Source: Raillietiella orientalis
Lineage: Eukaryota
Direction: 5' to 3'
Length of the DNA stretch: 64,000 nucleotides
NCBI GenBank assembly: GCA_036172245.1
Contig: JAYWIR010000084.1
Span: 62,001-126,000, forward strand
In this document: one piece after another, positions 1 to 13,004 of the stretch
Position numbering within the stretch: the first letter of the stretch is position 1
Layout: each line of letters opens with the position of its first letter
Notes under the pieces: generated by a model
Told to the model about the DNA's origin: nothing
The model's input: the letters and a program-made list of their open reading frames with translations, nothing else
The model's database searches: none
Program-made: the position numbers and the translations under genes

Positions 1-628
1 ATCGAAAGTGGATTTACAATCACATTTATACTTTAACTGTTATAGTATGTAGGGAAGGGGAGTGGATCTTTTTGTCCCAGCGCAGGTAGAAAAGTAGAAA
101 GGGAAGACATTTTAACTGTGAAATCACACGAAGGACAAAACCAAAAGCATGAGTCACGGCGAGCTGCAGCTGATGGAAAGCGTTAGCAGTTGATGCAATA
201 TCGTCAGCGTAAGCTAGAAGATATTGCAGTAACAGCTGACAAAGACTAGACCTGAAAACCGAAAGACCTTGCTACCTTGTCAACAGCGATCAGACTCGGT
301 GATCTCTCATGTTGTTCCAAGAAATCCCATTTTGTGTCTCGTGATTCTTTGCCAAAAGGATTCTTTGCCTGCTTTCTTGTATTCGTTACTCGTATTCTTA
401 TGACCTTTACGATTTCTCTCAGGAGATACAGATCAGATTCTTGAGTGGGTAGCAGATAGAAGTTATTGAAAGGAAGTAGAAAGGCAAGGTGAGAACAGGG
501 AAAATCATCAGTCATCACTTTCAAACATAAAGTCGAAAGAAACATCTGGCATCGATCTGATGGGAGATTGAGATTGATCCAAATCAGAGAGAGCATGAGA
601 GCGATTTGCAGTAGGAATAGGTCGAGGA

Positions 629-886
629 TCACTGACTGACGGGTTTTAAGAATTCTTTCGTGCCATGAGTCATTGTGGCTCTGGCATTGTACCTCATAAG
701 GATGCTCTCACCGCGAGCAGCCAAGTAGAGGTACGCAAGTGGATCGTCATCTCGCCGGTCGCTGGTCAGTGGACCGAGATTCAAATTTATGCCGATAATA
801 TGCTGTCGGACAGACCCACTGTTAAAGTGTGTCTGAGTTTGGGTGGGATTATCGTTGGGGTTCCGCCACTCAACCACAGGATCCAC
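629..886 (-). pseudogene. Unassigned protein-coding relic, with a homologous inverted copy at about 10600-10790
   Basis: ORF DPVVEWRNPNDNPTQTQTH...IIGINLNLGPLTSDRRDDDPLAYLYLAARGESIL aligns with my translation of 10602-10790(+): NPVDKW*NRNDNLTQIQTH...IIGITLNLGPVTNDRKDDNLFSYLHLAARGECIL. Family not recognised. Confidence 0.55.
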
Positions 887-2109
887 GATTAGTGGGGGGA
901 CTTGGCAGTGGAGGTGGAGCGATCCCTAAATGCACGTCTAATGCTTAGGCAGGATAAAGTTTTGCTCTAAGACGCCACCAAATGGTAAAAAGCCCTTTTG
1001 CCGGGGACAGATGATCCTTTGTCCCACTGCCCATTCTTTAACTTTCTCTGTGAGGCATTTCGGCTACGGTCTACTCGTTTTGATACATTAACGCAGCGCT
1101 CGTGACGCTAATATTGATCTAAGAGTTCTATTTGGATCTGCAGTTTTCGTAGTTTATTCTTCGTTGTCTTATTCCTACTTGTAGGAATAATACAACGAAG
1201 CATTTTACACGGGGGGTAAAAGATCAGCAGATGCGCAATGTCACGACGGACTATAGGGGGTAATTCCAGCTCCACTAGTGGATGTGTGCCTGATCGAAAT
1301 TCTGGAGGGTTGTTTGCTGTTTGGTTTCGGTGCTTTATAATTTGAAACAATTTCTCTCTTTCAAGTGTTCATAAGTAGGCAGCACGATTATGCCACTTAG
1401 TGCGATCCATTCAGTGGGGTTTGATACCTGGCATGGATTGGTAGTATGGAGCTCACCATGGAAGAAACGAGGTCCGTCACTGCTGAACTCTTACTGTGCT
1501 TATAACCGGGAGGTGTATTGGTGTGGACATCAGCTGACTTCAGTAATGGTGGATTGTTAGATTGTAGCAGCATGCTGTAGTATATGCTGACAGTGACATC
1601 AAGAAATCTGTGAAACAGTGCTCTGCTCCACAGATTTGTTACATCCTGAAGTAGTGTTGGTAAGAGAAGCGTTTGAAAGATGGTTTGAATGTTTGAGACA
1701 GAATACAGCTTGGTATGATTAGCATTTTGATGTTTTGATGAAAATTGAGTATGTGGCATTAATTCATGGATCACTGATGATTGGACAGTGTCTGTTACAG
1801 ATTATTGGGGCATTTACTATGACATTATTGTAAATGATGAAAAGATTTAATTAGGGGAGTGCTAATTGACTGTTATGCATGTAAATCCTGAAGGTCATTT
1901 GAACTGTAATTGATTGTTCCGCCTTCTTGTGCATCTTAAATTATCTATTGACGTATAAAGGGTTGGGATTATGGAAAGGGGGTACACAGTCCAACAAAAG
2001 ATGAATCTGTGTACATTTTGGAAATATCTTCTGCATTTTTGGTACTGAAGGGCACAGAGCAGCCAAACTTTGTGGGTATGTTAGATATCTACGGAGTTTA
2101 ATAACTTGC

Positions 2110-3460
2110 AGAGATTGTTTCAGGAAAGTTTGGTAGAGAGTAAGCACCAAAAACTGGCTCGTAGTATACACAGTGCTCTGTCAAATGAAGAATTACGAAC
2201 CTTATGCCAGTGTCAGCTGCAGCAAGTAATCAGTTGCCCGCCAACTACTCCACTTGCCAGAGAGGAGCATTCGGAAATACAGATTTTATTTGAGCTCTAA
2301 CCAAAAAGTGAGTGAATGCCATTAACATGTTATGTCTAATATTTTCTAGGCGTTGGCAAAATTGCTTTCTTTTGTGCCATGGCAGTAGCCTGGAGAATCT
2401 CCCCAGGCTCAAGAACTTGGAAAGATGGGCAGCACTATCTCCGGAAAATACCTTGGAGTCTCTAGGACCTCGCTTTTCCCAAGCTTGTATTAAGACAGTA
2501 TGCCATGCAATGCCTTGCAGAAGCACCTGATGCTGTGAGTTACCACTGTTGAATTAGCTTACTACTAATGTTCTAGGATCTCATCCTTTATTTGCTGCAG
2601 CTGGTGCAAGCATTATACTTTCAGTCAAGTACAGAAGATAATTCTCAAAATGAATTGGCAAGCCTTATTCAAAGGACTTGTGCCAATTTAGAACTGGCCA
2701 ACTCCTTACATTGGTATCTGTTAGTAGTGAGTGAGGCTCCTGGTTGTGAAGTGCACAGAAAAGTTGTGTGCCAACTGAATCAAGCATTATGTAATTGGCA
2801 GTAAGGGTTGAGATTCAGGACCAATTGTGGCATCAACAAGAGTTTATAGGAAACTTGGTTAATGCTTCGGAGCAGGTGACAGAGGAATGAGGTACCTGCT
2901 TATTATGTAAGGTGAGTAGCAGTTGAATTTACATAAGGCATTTTGTGGTGTGACAGGTAGAAAGGCTGCAGAAGGAGTGAATGGAGATCATCCAGTATTT
3001 TACACATTTGCCATCGCCTCTGAACCCATGTGTTCACATAACAAGACTCTTACCTGAGGCATCCACATTGTTCAAATGCTCCCTCATGACTGCTCGCTTG
3101 ACATTTTGCACAGCTGAAGGATCTTTATAAGTTGAGGATATTAAAGTGTACGATACTGAGGATGCTACAATTCAGGCATATCTCAAACGTCATGCCTGTG
3201 GTCTCCTATCAGCTGCATTACAGTGCTATACACGCTCATGTGCTGGCTACAGAGTAGTTGCATACTTATTTGATGTTGGTGATCACCACATGACATCTAC
3301 TGCTCACTCCTGATGGCTGGTTGTTCCATATTGATTTTGGATATATCTCAGGGAGAGATCCCAAACCTATGCCACCATCAGTAAAAACTGAGTATGGAAA
3401 TGTTGGATGCCTTAAGTGGACCTGATTCCAGAGTTGCATGCATTATTTTGAGAAGTCTGC
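2110..3460 (+). pseudogene. PIK3C3: Class III PI3-kinase (Vps34) pseudogene with introns, frameshifts and an internal deletion
   Basis: Vps34 blocks occur in order: [121 protein letters not shown] introns at 2308-2349, 2535-2576 and 2912-2956. Multiple stops and frameshifts. Confidence 0.93.
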
Positions 3461-4044
3461 CATTTTAAGCCTCCACTGTCATACTAATCTGTTTCCTTGA
3501 CTTATTTGCCCTAATGAGATGTTCAGCCATCCCAGATGTTGTGCTTGAGCCCAATCAAGCAGTGAATAAATAATTGGACAAATTGCACCCTGGCCTGAGT
3601 GATGAGGGATGTTCCGCTTACGAGCTGTATTGGGTGAAAGTGGATTAGCCGTAGTTCCTGCCATGATGCAACAGTTCCATAATATTGCTCAATACAAGAT
3701 GAAAGATTAAAGAAATTTTTCATGTTTAATTTTGCATGTGAGAGACCCTTGGCATGTTGCAATCCCTGTGTTTTTATAAGACTAATACCCTGCAGTGCAG
3801 TTTTATGTGCGAATTCGTTTTATCAACAAATACCAATAAAGTTGATCGCGGTGCGTTATCCGGTCCCAGTTACCAAAACCGTTTTCTAATGTGGGATTTT
3901 CCACAAAACGCCCAAAATACAAGCAGTAGCACTCTTTTTGCAATTACCATGGATTATTGGACCCTTCATGGCAGAGTAAATGTAGAATTTGCAGTCTTAA
4001 ACGAGCCTGTGCACTTTAGTTTCAGCGGTTGCTTTCTTTCAGAA

Positions 4045-4660
4045 TCGGCGTTGGATGCCGGAGATCTTTCACACGCCTTCTGAAAGATCAGGCCGCCTGG
4101 CAGCCTTCGTCATACTGACGTTGGCGACTGCGGTGGCCTCTCCAAGAATCGCCCTCGTCTCCAGCTGGAGGTGAGCTGTGAAAATGGCGCGGATACAACA
4201 GGTCATCGCGATGACCGCATGTAACGAAAGTCTGCTTCGCACGTAGAAGCGGCACATCAAGTTCCTTGCGTTGTTTCTTTGGTGCAGGAGCGCAGCCTCC
4301 GTAGCAGTCCCCGGAGGGCCCTGCAGTCGAAGAGCGTTTCCGCTGCGCTGCACCTTCTACAGTTTGGGTAGGCAACCCTCCCGGAGACAATGTTCGTGCG
4401 CTGGTTGCAATGGAAGCCCCAAGGCATCAGCAAAAGCAAGTCCCGTTTCCATGAAGTCAGTTGCCCGCGCACGAGGGGGAAACCACCGGGTCGTTTTGCG
4501 GTCACACTCAGGAGTTACCTCCACCGAAGAATTCCCTGCGAAATATTGCGAGGCACGTGACGGCGTCTGTCAGCTCAAGCCGGCCATGTGGCAGGTTGCT
4601 CCTGCGATCGTACAGGCGACCTCCCACCCCGCCGGTAGGCAACTGCCGTCTCTTGTCCTT
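4045..4660 (-). mobile_element. L1/Tx1-like ORF2 3' fragment (C-terminal zinc-finger region)
   Basis: WGFHCNQRTNIVSGRVAYPNCRRC..ETL.FDCRALRGL is homologous to the ORF2 C-termini at 15.5-16.1 kb and 42.9-43.1 kb. Confidence 0.85.
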
Positions 4661-4751
4661 AGTAGTAGTAGGTAGTTATCCGATTTTATCACCAAAACAT
4701 TCTTACCAAAAAGTGCTTCAGAGAGTGAGCCAGCCACTTGAGCAAGCAAAT

Positions 4752-4943
4752 ATGTATAATCGAGTGTCAGAACCTCTGAAACTAACTAGCAGGCTATATG
4801 GAGCTTCTCATTCGTCATCACCTGCAGAAAATTATTTTGCATTTGAAGATGAAGCACACTTGCTAAGAGAAGATGGAGATATACAGGATAAAGGAGCAGA
4901 ACAACTATTTGGAGAGGATATGGAACGTGAATATCGTTCCATA
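4752..4943 (+). pseudogene. MCM2: MCM2 N-terminal (histone-binding domain) gene fragment
   Basis: SSSPAENYFAFEDEAHLLREDGDIQDKGAEQLFGEDMEREYRSI matches the MCM2 pattern SSP..FEDE..GEEL(I/F)G..MERDYR.I. No other MCM2 exons are visible. Confidence 0.75.
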
Positions 4944-5014
4944 TCCTCTTCAAATAGTTCAGGCAATATGTAGGCACTGTAATCACTTCATGCACAAGAG
5001 AAGCTTGGAATGCT

Positions 5015-5440
5015 TCAAGAAAGCTTGGAATTTGTCAGCGATGAAAAGCGATTAGTAGTTGGCAAAGGTCGTGGGGCATTGGCGTCCAATTTGCGACTCT
5101 TGGCACGATATAGCACTTGCTCGTGCCATTGAAGGTGGTTTCCGAGGCCTCTAATCTTCGGAAAGGAGATGGGGCAATTTTCGTATGTGCATTTGAACGC
5201 AGTGGGGATCTGTAAGGGAGGCAACGGGTTTTCTACTGAGGTGTTGTGGAAGCACGGATGGTGCTCGGTCAGAAGGGGGACAACTTGCGAGCATACACGG
5301 CAAACGAGTTTATGCGAGTTAAATGGAAGCTTATTATTGATCGCAAGATGTCTTTTGAAGGAGGCAAGGGTTCTCCTCGGCTGCCCATTGACACATGGAA
5401 AGCACACAACGAAGAACTTCACAAACGCGAAAACGTACAA
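5015..5440 (-). mobile_element. N-terminal zinc-finger fragment of a NeSL/Utopia/R2-like non-LTR element
   Basis: LASFKRHL...VCRVCSQ..HHPCF and FKCTYENCPISFPKIRGLGNHLQWH (C2H2 finger), next to NeSL-like RT pieces. Confidence 0.65.
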
Positions 5441-6639
5441 ACAAGATATTGTTTGACGTCGGGGCATATATGTCTTCGAGATGAATGGGGTGAATAGGAA
5501 GATTTGTAAAATAATGAGTCGTTGCATTTGGGAAGTCCAGCAAAATTGCGCAGAAAGATTAAATGAAAACTTCTTGCTCTGGAAACGTGCCGGAACTGAA
5601 TTTCTGGTAATTTACCTCGGGTCACAAAGGAACGGCTTCTCTACGGGGGAGGAGAGCTTGCTGGTAGAGGTGGGGTAAGGAAAACCTCAGGGGGATTCAA
5701 GGGAGATTCTTTCGACGACGCATCCGGCTCAAGAGTAGTCATGCAAAAGAGAAATGAAACTGGTTATCGTCGTCGAATGGTCCATAATGACAACCATAAT
5801 GATCATCATAATGACAAACACTTGTGTTGGTAATGGAAGAAAAGTGAGATAGAGATGTTCTCTTTTTGTGGTTGTACTTCCGAACCCTTTCAGAAATAGG
5901 TTTTCTAGCTCAAGTCTATTAAAATCTGTTGAAGCAATAAGTTAATTGAGTGGCTGGTCGTCACGGGTTTCAGAGATGAAATTCTGAACCATAAAATTGC
6001 AGTATCATAGTGTTGCAAATACAATGGGGAAAGATTCGACAAGTTGGGATCTGCAATTCTGCTTCCCTGATGGCATCAATAGACTCGATACCTCTACCGA
6101 AGCACCCCGTTCCGCAACGCCTACCAAGGAAGCAACAAAATGAGCCTGCAGAGTCTATGTGCAGTCCCAATCCCTGGAATACCAGAGGCAATGTAGGAAG
6201 GCAGTCAGGAGTAGCCAAGTGTCATCAGAGGACATGCTCGGCAGCGTGCACTGCAGTCAGAGCTTTCATCGCAGGTTCAGCAACACGCACCCGTTCTCCT
6301 TTCCCGGGAGTGAGGAGAGACAAGACATAGATCCGCGTCCCGAATCTGTAGCAGGAAACATAGGGAACATCCGACTGCTCCAAGGTGCGTCAGGGATTAG
6401 GGACACCAAGCAGTGAACCATAACGCAGGCGAAACCACCCTACTGTCCAGTGAAATTCAACGGGCTTCAAATGATGCCCCTAAGACACGGTCTGCCTTCA
6501 GGACCACACAGGTCACTTTGCATCGTCATCTTCCACACCAACCTTCCAATGACTCGTAGAGGGAGGCAAAGAAATGCTTCTTCCCCATTTATAAAATTAT
6601 ACACTTAGCGCTGAAACTACGTGCATTCCAGCAACGTCC

Positions 6640-7530
6640 AGAAAGCGTCCAAGTCTCAGCTCTCTCAATCCTCGTTCACTTCAGCATCTATATCTCTGGG
6701 GTGGGCGGAAGGCAATCCGTGCAATTCTTCATGAATCGCAAACACAATGTAAAGGGGGTCTATCAGTGATTCAACAACACTTTTCCAGTCTTTTTGAAGG
6801 TGATGAGGCTTCCCATGATGTTGCCAAACCTAGCTCGAGCGAGAAACACAGTGAGATGAACCTGTTCTCATCACTGCCGCAAAAAGTGCTCATTTGCCTT
6901 AGATCCGGCAAGCACACAGCACCGGAGGCAGATGGTATTGCCTACTCCTCATTCCGAGAAATTGATCCGGATGCGCACCATCTTCAACACCCGCCTTGCA
7001 CACAGAAGGATGTTCGGTACCTGGAAACAGTTAAGTACAGTGCTGATCCTCAAGGCGAATATTAGTGACATCCAAGACCTATTTCAATTTCTGCAGAAAG
7101 TAACCAGCCCCACACCAGGAAAGTTGTTCACTAAATGCCTGGTAAGAAGATTAAGGAGATTAATTCAGAATGGAAGAACCTATCCCATGAAAGAAGCCCT
7201 ACGAACTTGAAACCTCTGTGTTCGCCTCCTTTGCGCACTCGCAAAGAATTGCCCTCAATTGGGGATCTCTGTCGAAAGGGCCTTCAAGGATGAAATGCCA
7301 CCCTTCAACCAAGGTTCATTCACCGAATACCTTTATGGCTCGGTATCCAGGGGCTTCTTAGGTATCGTACTGCTGAGTAAGGAAGCCGGTATTATGGAGT
7401 TTGACTCTGCCTTTAGGCTTCTCACATGTCCGGATCTCTCCATGAGATCATTGGCAAACCACTCTCGTGACTGCAGTGCGTGCAACGTCTCACTCGGAGG
7501 CCGTTCGACGACGTTCATTTCTATCGAGAG
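6640..7530 (+). mobile_element. Degraded NeSL/Utopia-like reverse transcriptase fragments
   Basis: LQHLY..RKAIRAIL, TAPEADGIAYSSFREIDPDA, IFNTRL..WKQLSTVLILK, KLFTKCLVRRL and LYGS..GFLGIVLL..EFDSAFRLLTCPD are blocks typical of this clade. The RT core is deleted. Confidence 0.8.
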
Positions 7531-8479
7531 CCCACATCCGTGTCTGTCAATAAGTAATCATGTATTGGATTTCACTCCTGGCAGTTAATATATTTATAAG
7601 AGCTCTGATGAGGAACACCTATTAAAGTCTTCAAATTGATTGAAAGCACGTATCAGTTCATGTGAAACCCTAAATGCTTGGCTTTCTCCTTTAAGCTAAA
7701 GGCCAGAATTGCCGGGATCAAAATAGATCCTATTTCCCTCTATCGCGCCGCAGGATCACAACATTACACAAATCAATTCGATCATAGTTGTATGTTGCCT
7801 GCTGAGATGAAACACATCGAAAAGAATAGTACTCGTCCGGTGCTAAGAGGCTGAGCTGGTTTGGAAAGCTTGAAAGCTCTCCAAACAAACCAGTAAGTCC
7901 AGTGGCCGCAATCTGGATGGACACGGGGAGTTTTGCCCAATACTTTTGGGAACATCCTTCCGTACTGTATTTTAAAACACCACGGCTACGTCTAGTACGC
8001 AGGTGGAAATCGGCTTCAGCGGTGATCAACTGTGCCGAGTTCCCACGTATCTTAATTCGCCGATAGAATTAGCTGTTCCATGCGCGAGTCCAGAGGGTTG
8101 GTTAGATGATTGCACTGATTGCGCTCGAACTGCAACGGCGAACACCAGATGGTGGGTCAGATGTCTTCTGGGTTTAGCAATACCGCTTCATCATTGTACA
8201 CCGCACTGGGAAGCGGATTGTGCTCCACGAAATACCTTCGTACTTCAACAGGTGTAGTAGCATCAGAAACAAATGCCACAGTTGCCTGAAGATCACTAAA
8301 AGTAATCATGTAAGGATCAGGTCCTTTGGCCTCGACAGTTGTAGTTGTCATAGATTGCTTAGGCGAGCTATCGATGTGGAGGGCTGAAACATCGTAACGT
8401 ACACACGAGGTGGGTACGAATGGCGTGAAGCTACGACCCATGTGACTAAAGTTTCCACACCATGCCGATCGGTTTTAAG

Positions 8480-8515
8480 ATATGTCTGACCCCTGATTTC
8501 AGGGGTCAGACATAT
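8480..8515. repeat. Perfect 17-bp inverted repeat with a 2-nt loop
   Basis: ATATGTCTGACCCCTGA tt TCAGGGGTCAGACATAT. It extends 4 more bp (TAAG/CTTA) after a 1-nt bulge. Confidence 0.95.
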
Positions 8516-10799
8516 TCTTAGCTGGAGAAGCGAACTCGTTGATTCTCAACAACAACAGATGTCTTGGGCGGATGTCTTGGTAAGAACTTTTACATTCGCT
8601 TGATTATTAGGTTGGCCCCTGGAATGTAGATGAATTTCATAGATGGATAATACAGCATCTAATTATAATCCAAAGAAAGATTTAAATTGGGGGATATTGA
8701 GAAATCTTGCTAATGCCAGCAGTTGCGGTTCAAAGTGAAAGCATATTGGCATCTCGTTGATTTGATGTAGATTTTCGGTTCCACAGGTAGGTATTAAGTT
8801 ATAACTTATTGTTTGTAAAATAAAATTAGGTACTCTAGCATAAATGATGGGTACCAGGAGATGAAGGAGACCACTGCTATGACGTGGAGGTAGTTTGCTT
8901 GACAGATGGCAATCTGCGATGAACTTTATTGCGAGTATGTCCTCGATTTGTTTATTTAGAAGCAATTAATATTCTCAATGAAAGTTGATTAAAAGTTCTA
9001 ATGACTATGAACCATAAAGCTTAATAGGGGTGCGTGACATAGTTGCTGTAACGAAAAATGTATGTTGGGAAGGAGATAGGATTTGTTCAGGCAAAGATTC
9101 CATCAATATTCGTAATATATTGTTTCTTTTTTGTTAAGTTTTCTTTAATGGCTTTCTTAGTGAAAAATTGATTGAGTTGTGACAGAGAAAAGTACTGGAA
9201 AAAGGTAGTAAATAGGTTTATTAATCAGAGTGGAAGTATCTGCATCAGAGTGGAATTGAATAAAAATTAATATCTATTATTCGGATATTAATTCGAATTG
9301 ATGCTGCGTGTAGCAAAGTGTAATTGAGCATTATTTGGGAGTGGCCTGCTGACAAATTTGCATTTCTAATTATTAATATTTAGAAAAGAAGCTTTAGCTT
9401 ATTTGTGTTAATAAATGTAGAGTGTTGGGATGCTGCTTGAGCTTATAGGTGGCTATTACGGGTTTTAATACTAACTTGAGCTCGATGCTTATGCTATTAC
9501 GTGAATGGAATCTAATTAGCAATGATTTGAGAGCAATAATGTTTTAATGAGTGAGGTTGGGAAAAAAGAAAGTTGCGATGTATTAATATGATTAAGAATT
9601 TGGGAAACTTTGCTTAAAATGTCTCTTGAATTCATTTTGTTGTGGGTGATATAAAATAGAGTCTACCCGGTGCATAATCAACAGAACGGAGGGATTTTGA
9701 CTGTGCCAAGTAGCATACTATATAGCTACTTAATTGGTTGTGTGGATGGAAGGTTTCTGTTGGGAAAAGCTGTCTTGTTTGTAATTTTTACTTTAATATT
9801 ACAGAGAGAAATCTATAGTCAGCTCAGGGGACGAGAAGACCCTTCAGATCAAGTGTCTTGAGAGAGCTGAGAGAGTGGAAGTAAGGTAATTTTCATCCGG
9901 AGTATCTTCAGATGTCCTAGCGCTTCTCCCCAAATCGTGGCTCTTCTATGATTAGTGTGGAAAATAGGAGGATTTTACTTTGGCCGCCCTCAGCCGCCAA
10001 CTATAAGAAAGCTGTTGGTTATCCATTGTGAGGCTTTTGCCCTATCCTCCAAAAGAATGACCTGACCTGATCCATTGGGTTCCCACCTTCTCCACTAACA
10101 TGCTGTGCTGTTAATCGTGGTTGCCATGTGGAGAAACCACAATGTTTGCAACTGAAAGACGGCAATTAATTGCATGACCTACATTGCGAAGTATTAAACA
10201 GAGTAACGATTAAGATTTTGTGCTTGTGATCCCCAACTATTAATTGCAAATCGGTGGTGGAAAACTGGAAACTTTGTTGGTAAAGTGACTTTGTCCAAGA
10301 TGGCGGCGCCATCATGCGTCGTGCCAACACCGCATTTTTACTCAGAGGTGCCTTCGCGCCTACGTCGCGGCCCTCGCGATCGTGCGATAGATATGTATTG
10401 ATACGAGCTATCATGTGTGATTGTTTCACTATGCTTTCACTAAATAATTTCAACTGCATAAGCGTTGTGAACGCTACATTTAGTAGTCAAGACGAGTAGA
10501 CTACATATCTCTCGTCTGCTTGGTCCGAGTTTTTCTCCGCCTGCCAGTCGTACACAACAGAGTGCCAGATGTGGTTTGAACCTCCCAACCCTCAAATAAT
10601 CATGAATCCTGTTGACAAGTGGTAAAATCGCAATGACAACCTTACTCAAATACAGACCCACTTAATTAGTAGGTCTGCTCTACAAAATATTATAGGCATA
10701 ACTCTCAACCTAGGTCCTGTCACTAATGATCGTAAGGATGATAATCTGTTTAGTTATTTACATCTTGCTGCTCGAGGTGAATGTATCCTTACAAGAAAT

Positions 10800-11864
10800 C
10801 GCCGCAGAGCTGTCTGCCCTCTGGGCAAGGAACGACAGTTGTCTACTGGCTGAATGGGAGTTCTCCTGCACAATTGCAGGAGAGTCTAAGCTCTCCTGCG
10901 ATTGTGTAGGAGGACAAAGCTCCTTGGCGGCTGGGAGACAAAGGAGCTGGTGCAAGCCGCCACCACGGAATCTGGCTAAGGGCCTGCTTCGGTGGAGCGA
11001 ACAATTAAGTGTGCCTTCCGAAAAGATAGTGATTCCACCCGTTTCTTTAGACAGCTCCGTGTTCCCCTTAAAGTGGAAACAAGATGTGCTGCTCTTTTTA
11101 CACTAGGAATTCCACTGTAATCGGCAACGAAGCATCGTTTCCGGGGGAGCTGCTTCGCCAAACTGTTTGAGGTGCGGAGAGATCGAGTCTTTTCCGTACC
11201 TGTTGCTGGACTGCGTTGACCTTTGTGAACTGTGGCGAAGCTGATTTCAGACATCATGCCGCAGGTAGGCACTGCCATTGATGTGCTGCGACGCTTCTTT
11301 AGAGCAAAAGGACTTTCGGTAGGCGTGATTGTCGCAACCATGTGTTGCATTCGCGCCATCGTCAAGGCGCGCTACGCCCTGCAATTATGAGCGCAGCGAA
11401 AGGAGGCTCACCTACTTGCAGCTAAATCCTTGGAAAAGGCTGCAAGTTGGCCTTACTTTCGTGACGAGGTGAAGGAGGACATCGCCAGCGTGCATCGTCG
11501 GTTTACAGACGTTTGAGAACGGCGTAATCCGGTGTCCCCTGAGACCTCTCGTCCACCCATATCCCTTCTCCGTTCGTTCTATCAAATTCCCGGTACTATT
11601 ACTTTCATTCCGGTGCCTTCCAGAGCGATCCCAAAGACCCTCGTTTCGGCACCCTCCATTCATAACTGTTATTTTGTTTTTGTTTGTTTGTTTCCATCAA
11701 CCTCACACACCGTTCCAAAGTTGTTATCACGGCCTGCGTGCCAGGTAAATTGTCTTCATCCTTGTCGAATCGTCGGTTGGGAGCCTGGTTCCCAAGTGGT
11801 TTATTTTATATAATTGTTCTTTGTTCATATTATATGAAATGAACGACCTGGCTTGAGAGGATGA
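10800..11864 (+). mobile_element. L1/Tx1-like element, 3' part of ORF2 plus 3' UTR
   Basis: GLLRWSEQLSVP...FPLKWKQDVLLFLH, CxxC zinc finger, T-rich UTR and a degenerate terminal motif AATGAA-CGACCTGG..AGGATGA. Confidence 0.85.
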
Positions 11865-13000
11865 GAAATCTCCCGCGAATGTTATGCGGAGATCTGATGG
11901 ATCTCCTGCAGCAGCACGAGGTCAAAGGCTTGCAAGGTGGCAGCTATGTTTCTTCTCCTGCCGTCATCGCAAAGCTTGTTGACGTTCCAAATGGTGATGC
12001 GTATTTGACGGCAGGTGGCGAGTCCCGGCATTACTGCTGGCCTTTGAGGGTGGTTGCGGAACGGCGGCGATCTCGGCGGCGGCTTTCGCAAAGTCCTCGT
12101 CATTGCGGCTTTCCTTCTCGCCGCAGCCCTCGGACGCTGTTTGCACAGCGACGGGGCTGTCGGCGTTGTTGCACGCGGCAACGGCCTGTTCGCACGGCAC
12201 TTCGGCGTCTGTAAGACGCTCCAGTGCGATTGTGCATTTTTTCAATCCCTGCTTTTTCGCGAATTTCGCGGATTTTGCAGGGACTTTACTGGTCTTTTTC
12301 TCTTTCTCCTTCTTGTGGCTGACCTTTAACCAGTCAGGCTGTTCTCCTATCTCGGTTGCCTGCGTTTCTGTAGACGGGGTGGTCGGCGTGGCCTTCTTGG
12401 CTGGCTCCGGGTCAAGCGTTTTATCGGACTTCGACCTGGGCTCACCAGGCTTCTTGTTGCTCGCATTCGTGCCGCTCGCTGCAGCAGCCGGCGCGCACGA
12501 GATTTTTGGGGGCACACTTCCTCCGTGTGCCACGTTGCCTCGCACTTGAAGCAGGTGATGTTGGGGCAGCGTTTCTTCACGTGCCCCGTACCATCACAAA
12601 ACGCACAGTATTTGGGTTTCCCCAGATACCAGATGTCGACAGAATCTCCGCCGACTACTAGATTATGGGGAACCCCAATGTCCTTATTCACTGTTATACG
12701 TGCCGCGGCAAGTCCGCTCAGAAGTCCCTCATAAGTACAGAATCTGTTGGGTTTGGCCCAAAGCGCGTGCAGGGTGACAATTGTGCTAAGCTCAGCCCTG
12801 ACGACGCCCGGAGGCATTCGCAGGGTGATTACTCTAAGGTGGACAGCTATCGAGTTGTTCATCGGCACGGGGAAGAGCTGGAGGCCCTCGATCCTAACGG
12901 GGGTTTGCAGCAGTCTTTGCGCCAACCCTGCTTCTTTACAAGTCAGCTCGACATGCTGCCCCCCGCTGCAAATGGAGAGTCCTAACAGATCCTCCTTGTT
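11865..13000 (-). mobile_element. L1/Tx1-like element, ORF1 (two CCHC knuckles) and start of the APE endonuclease
   Basis: CAFCDGTGHVKKRC and CFKCEATWHTEEVC, then IWNVNKL...FDLVLLQEIH. Confidence 0.9.
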
Positions 13001-13004
13001 TCCT

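Noticed and set aside
8520..10200. AT-rich, strand-skewed segment as a decayed RNA-virus polymerase gene
   Set aside because: Too many stops and no convincing motif by eye; it needs a frameshift-aware homology search.
10296..10307. YY1-like CAAGATGGCGGC motif as a host promoter
   Set aside because: A single short motif with no identifiable downstream gene.
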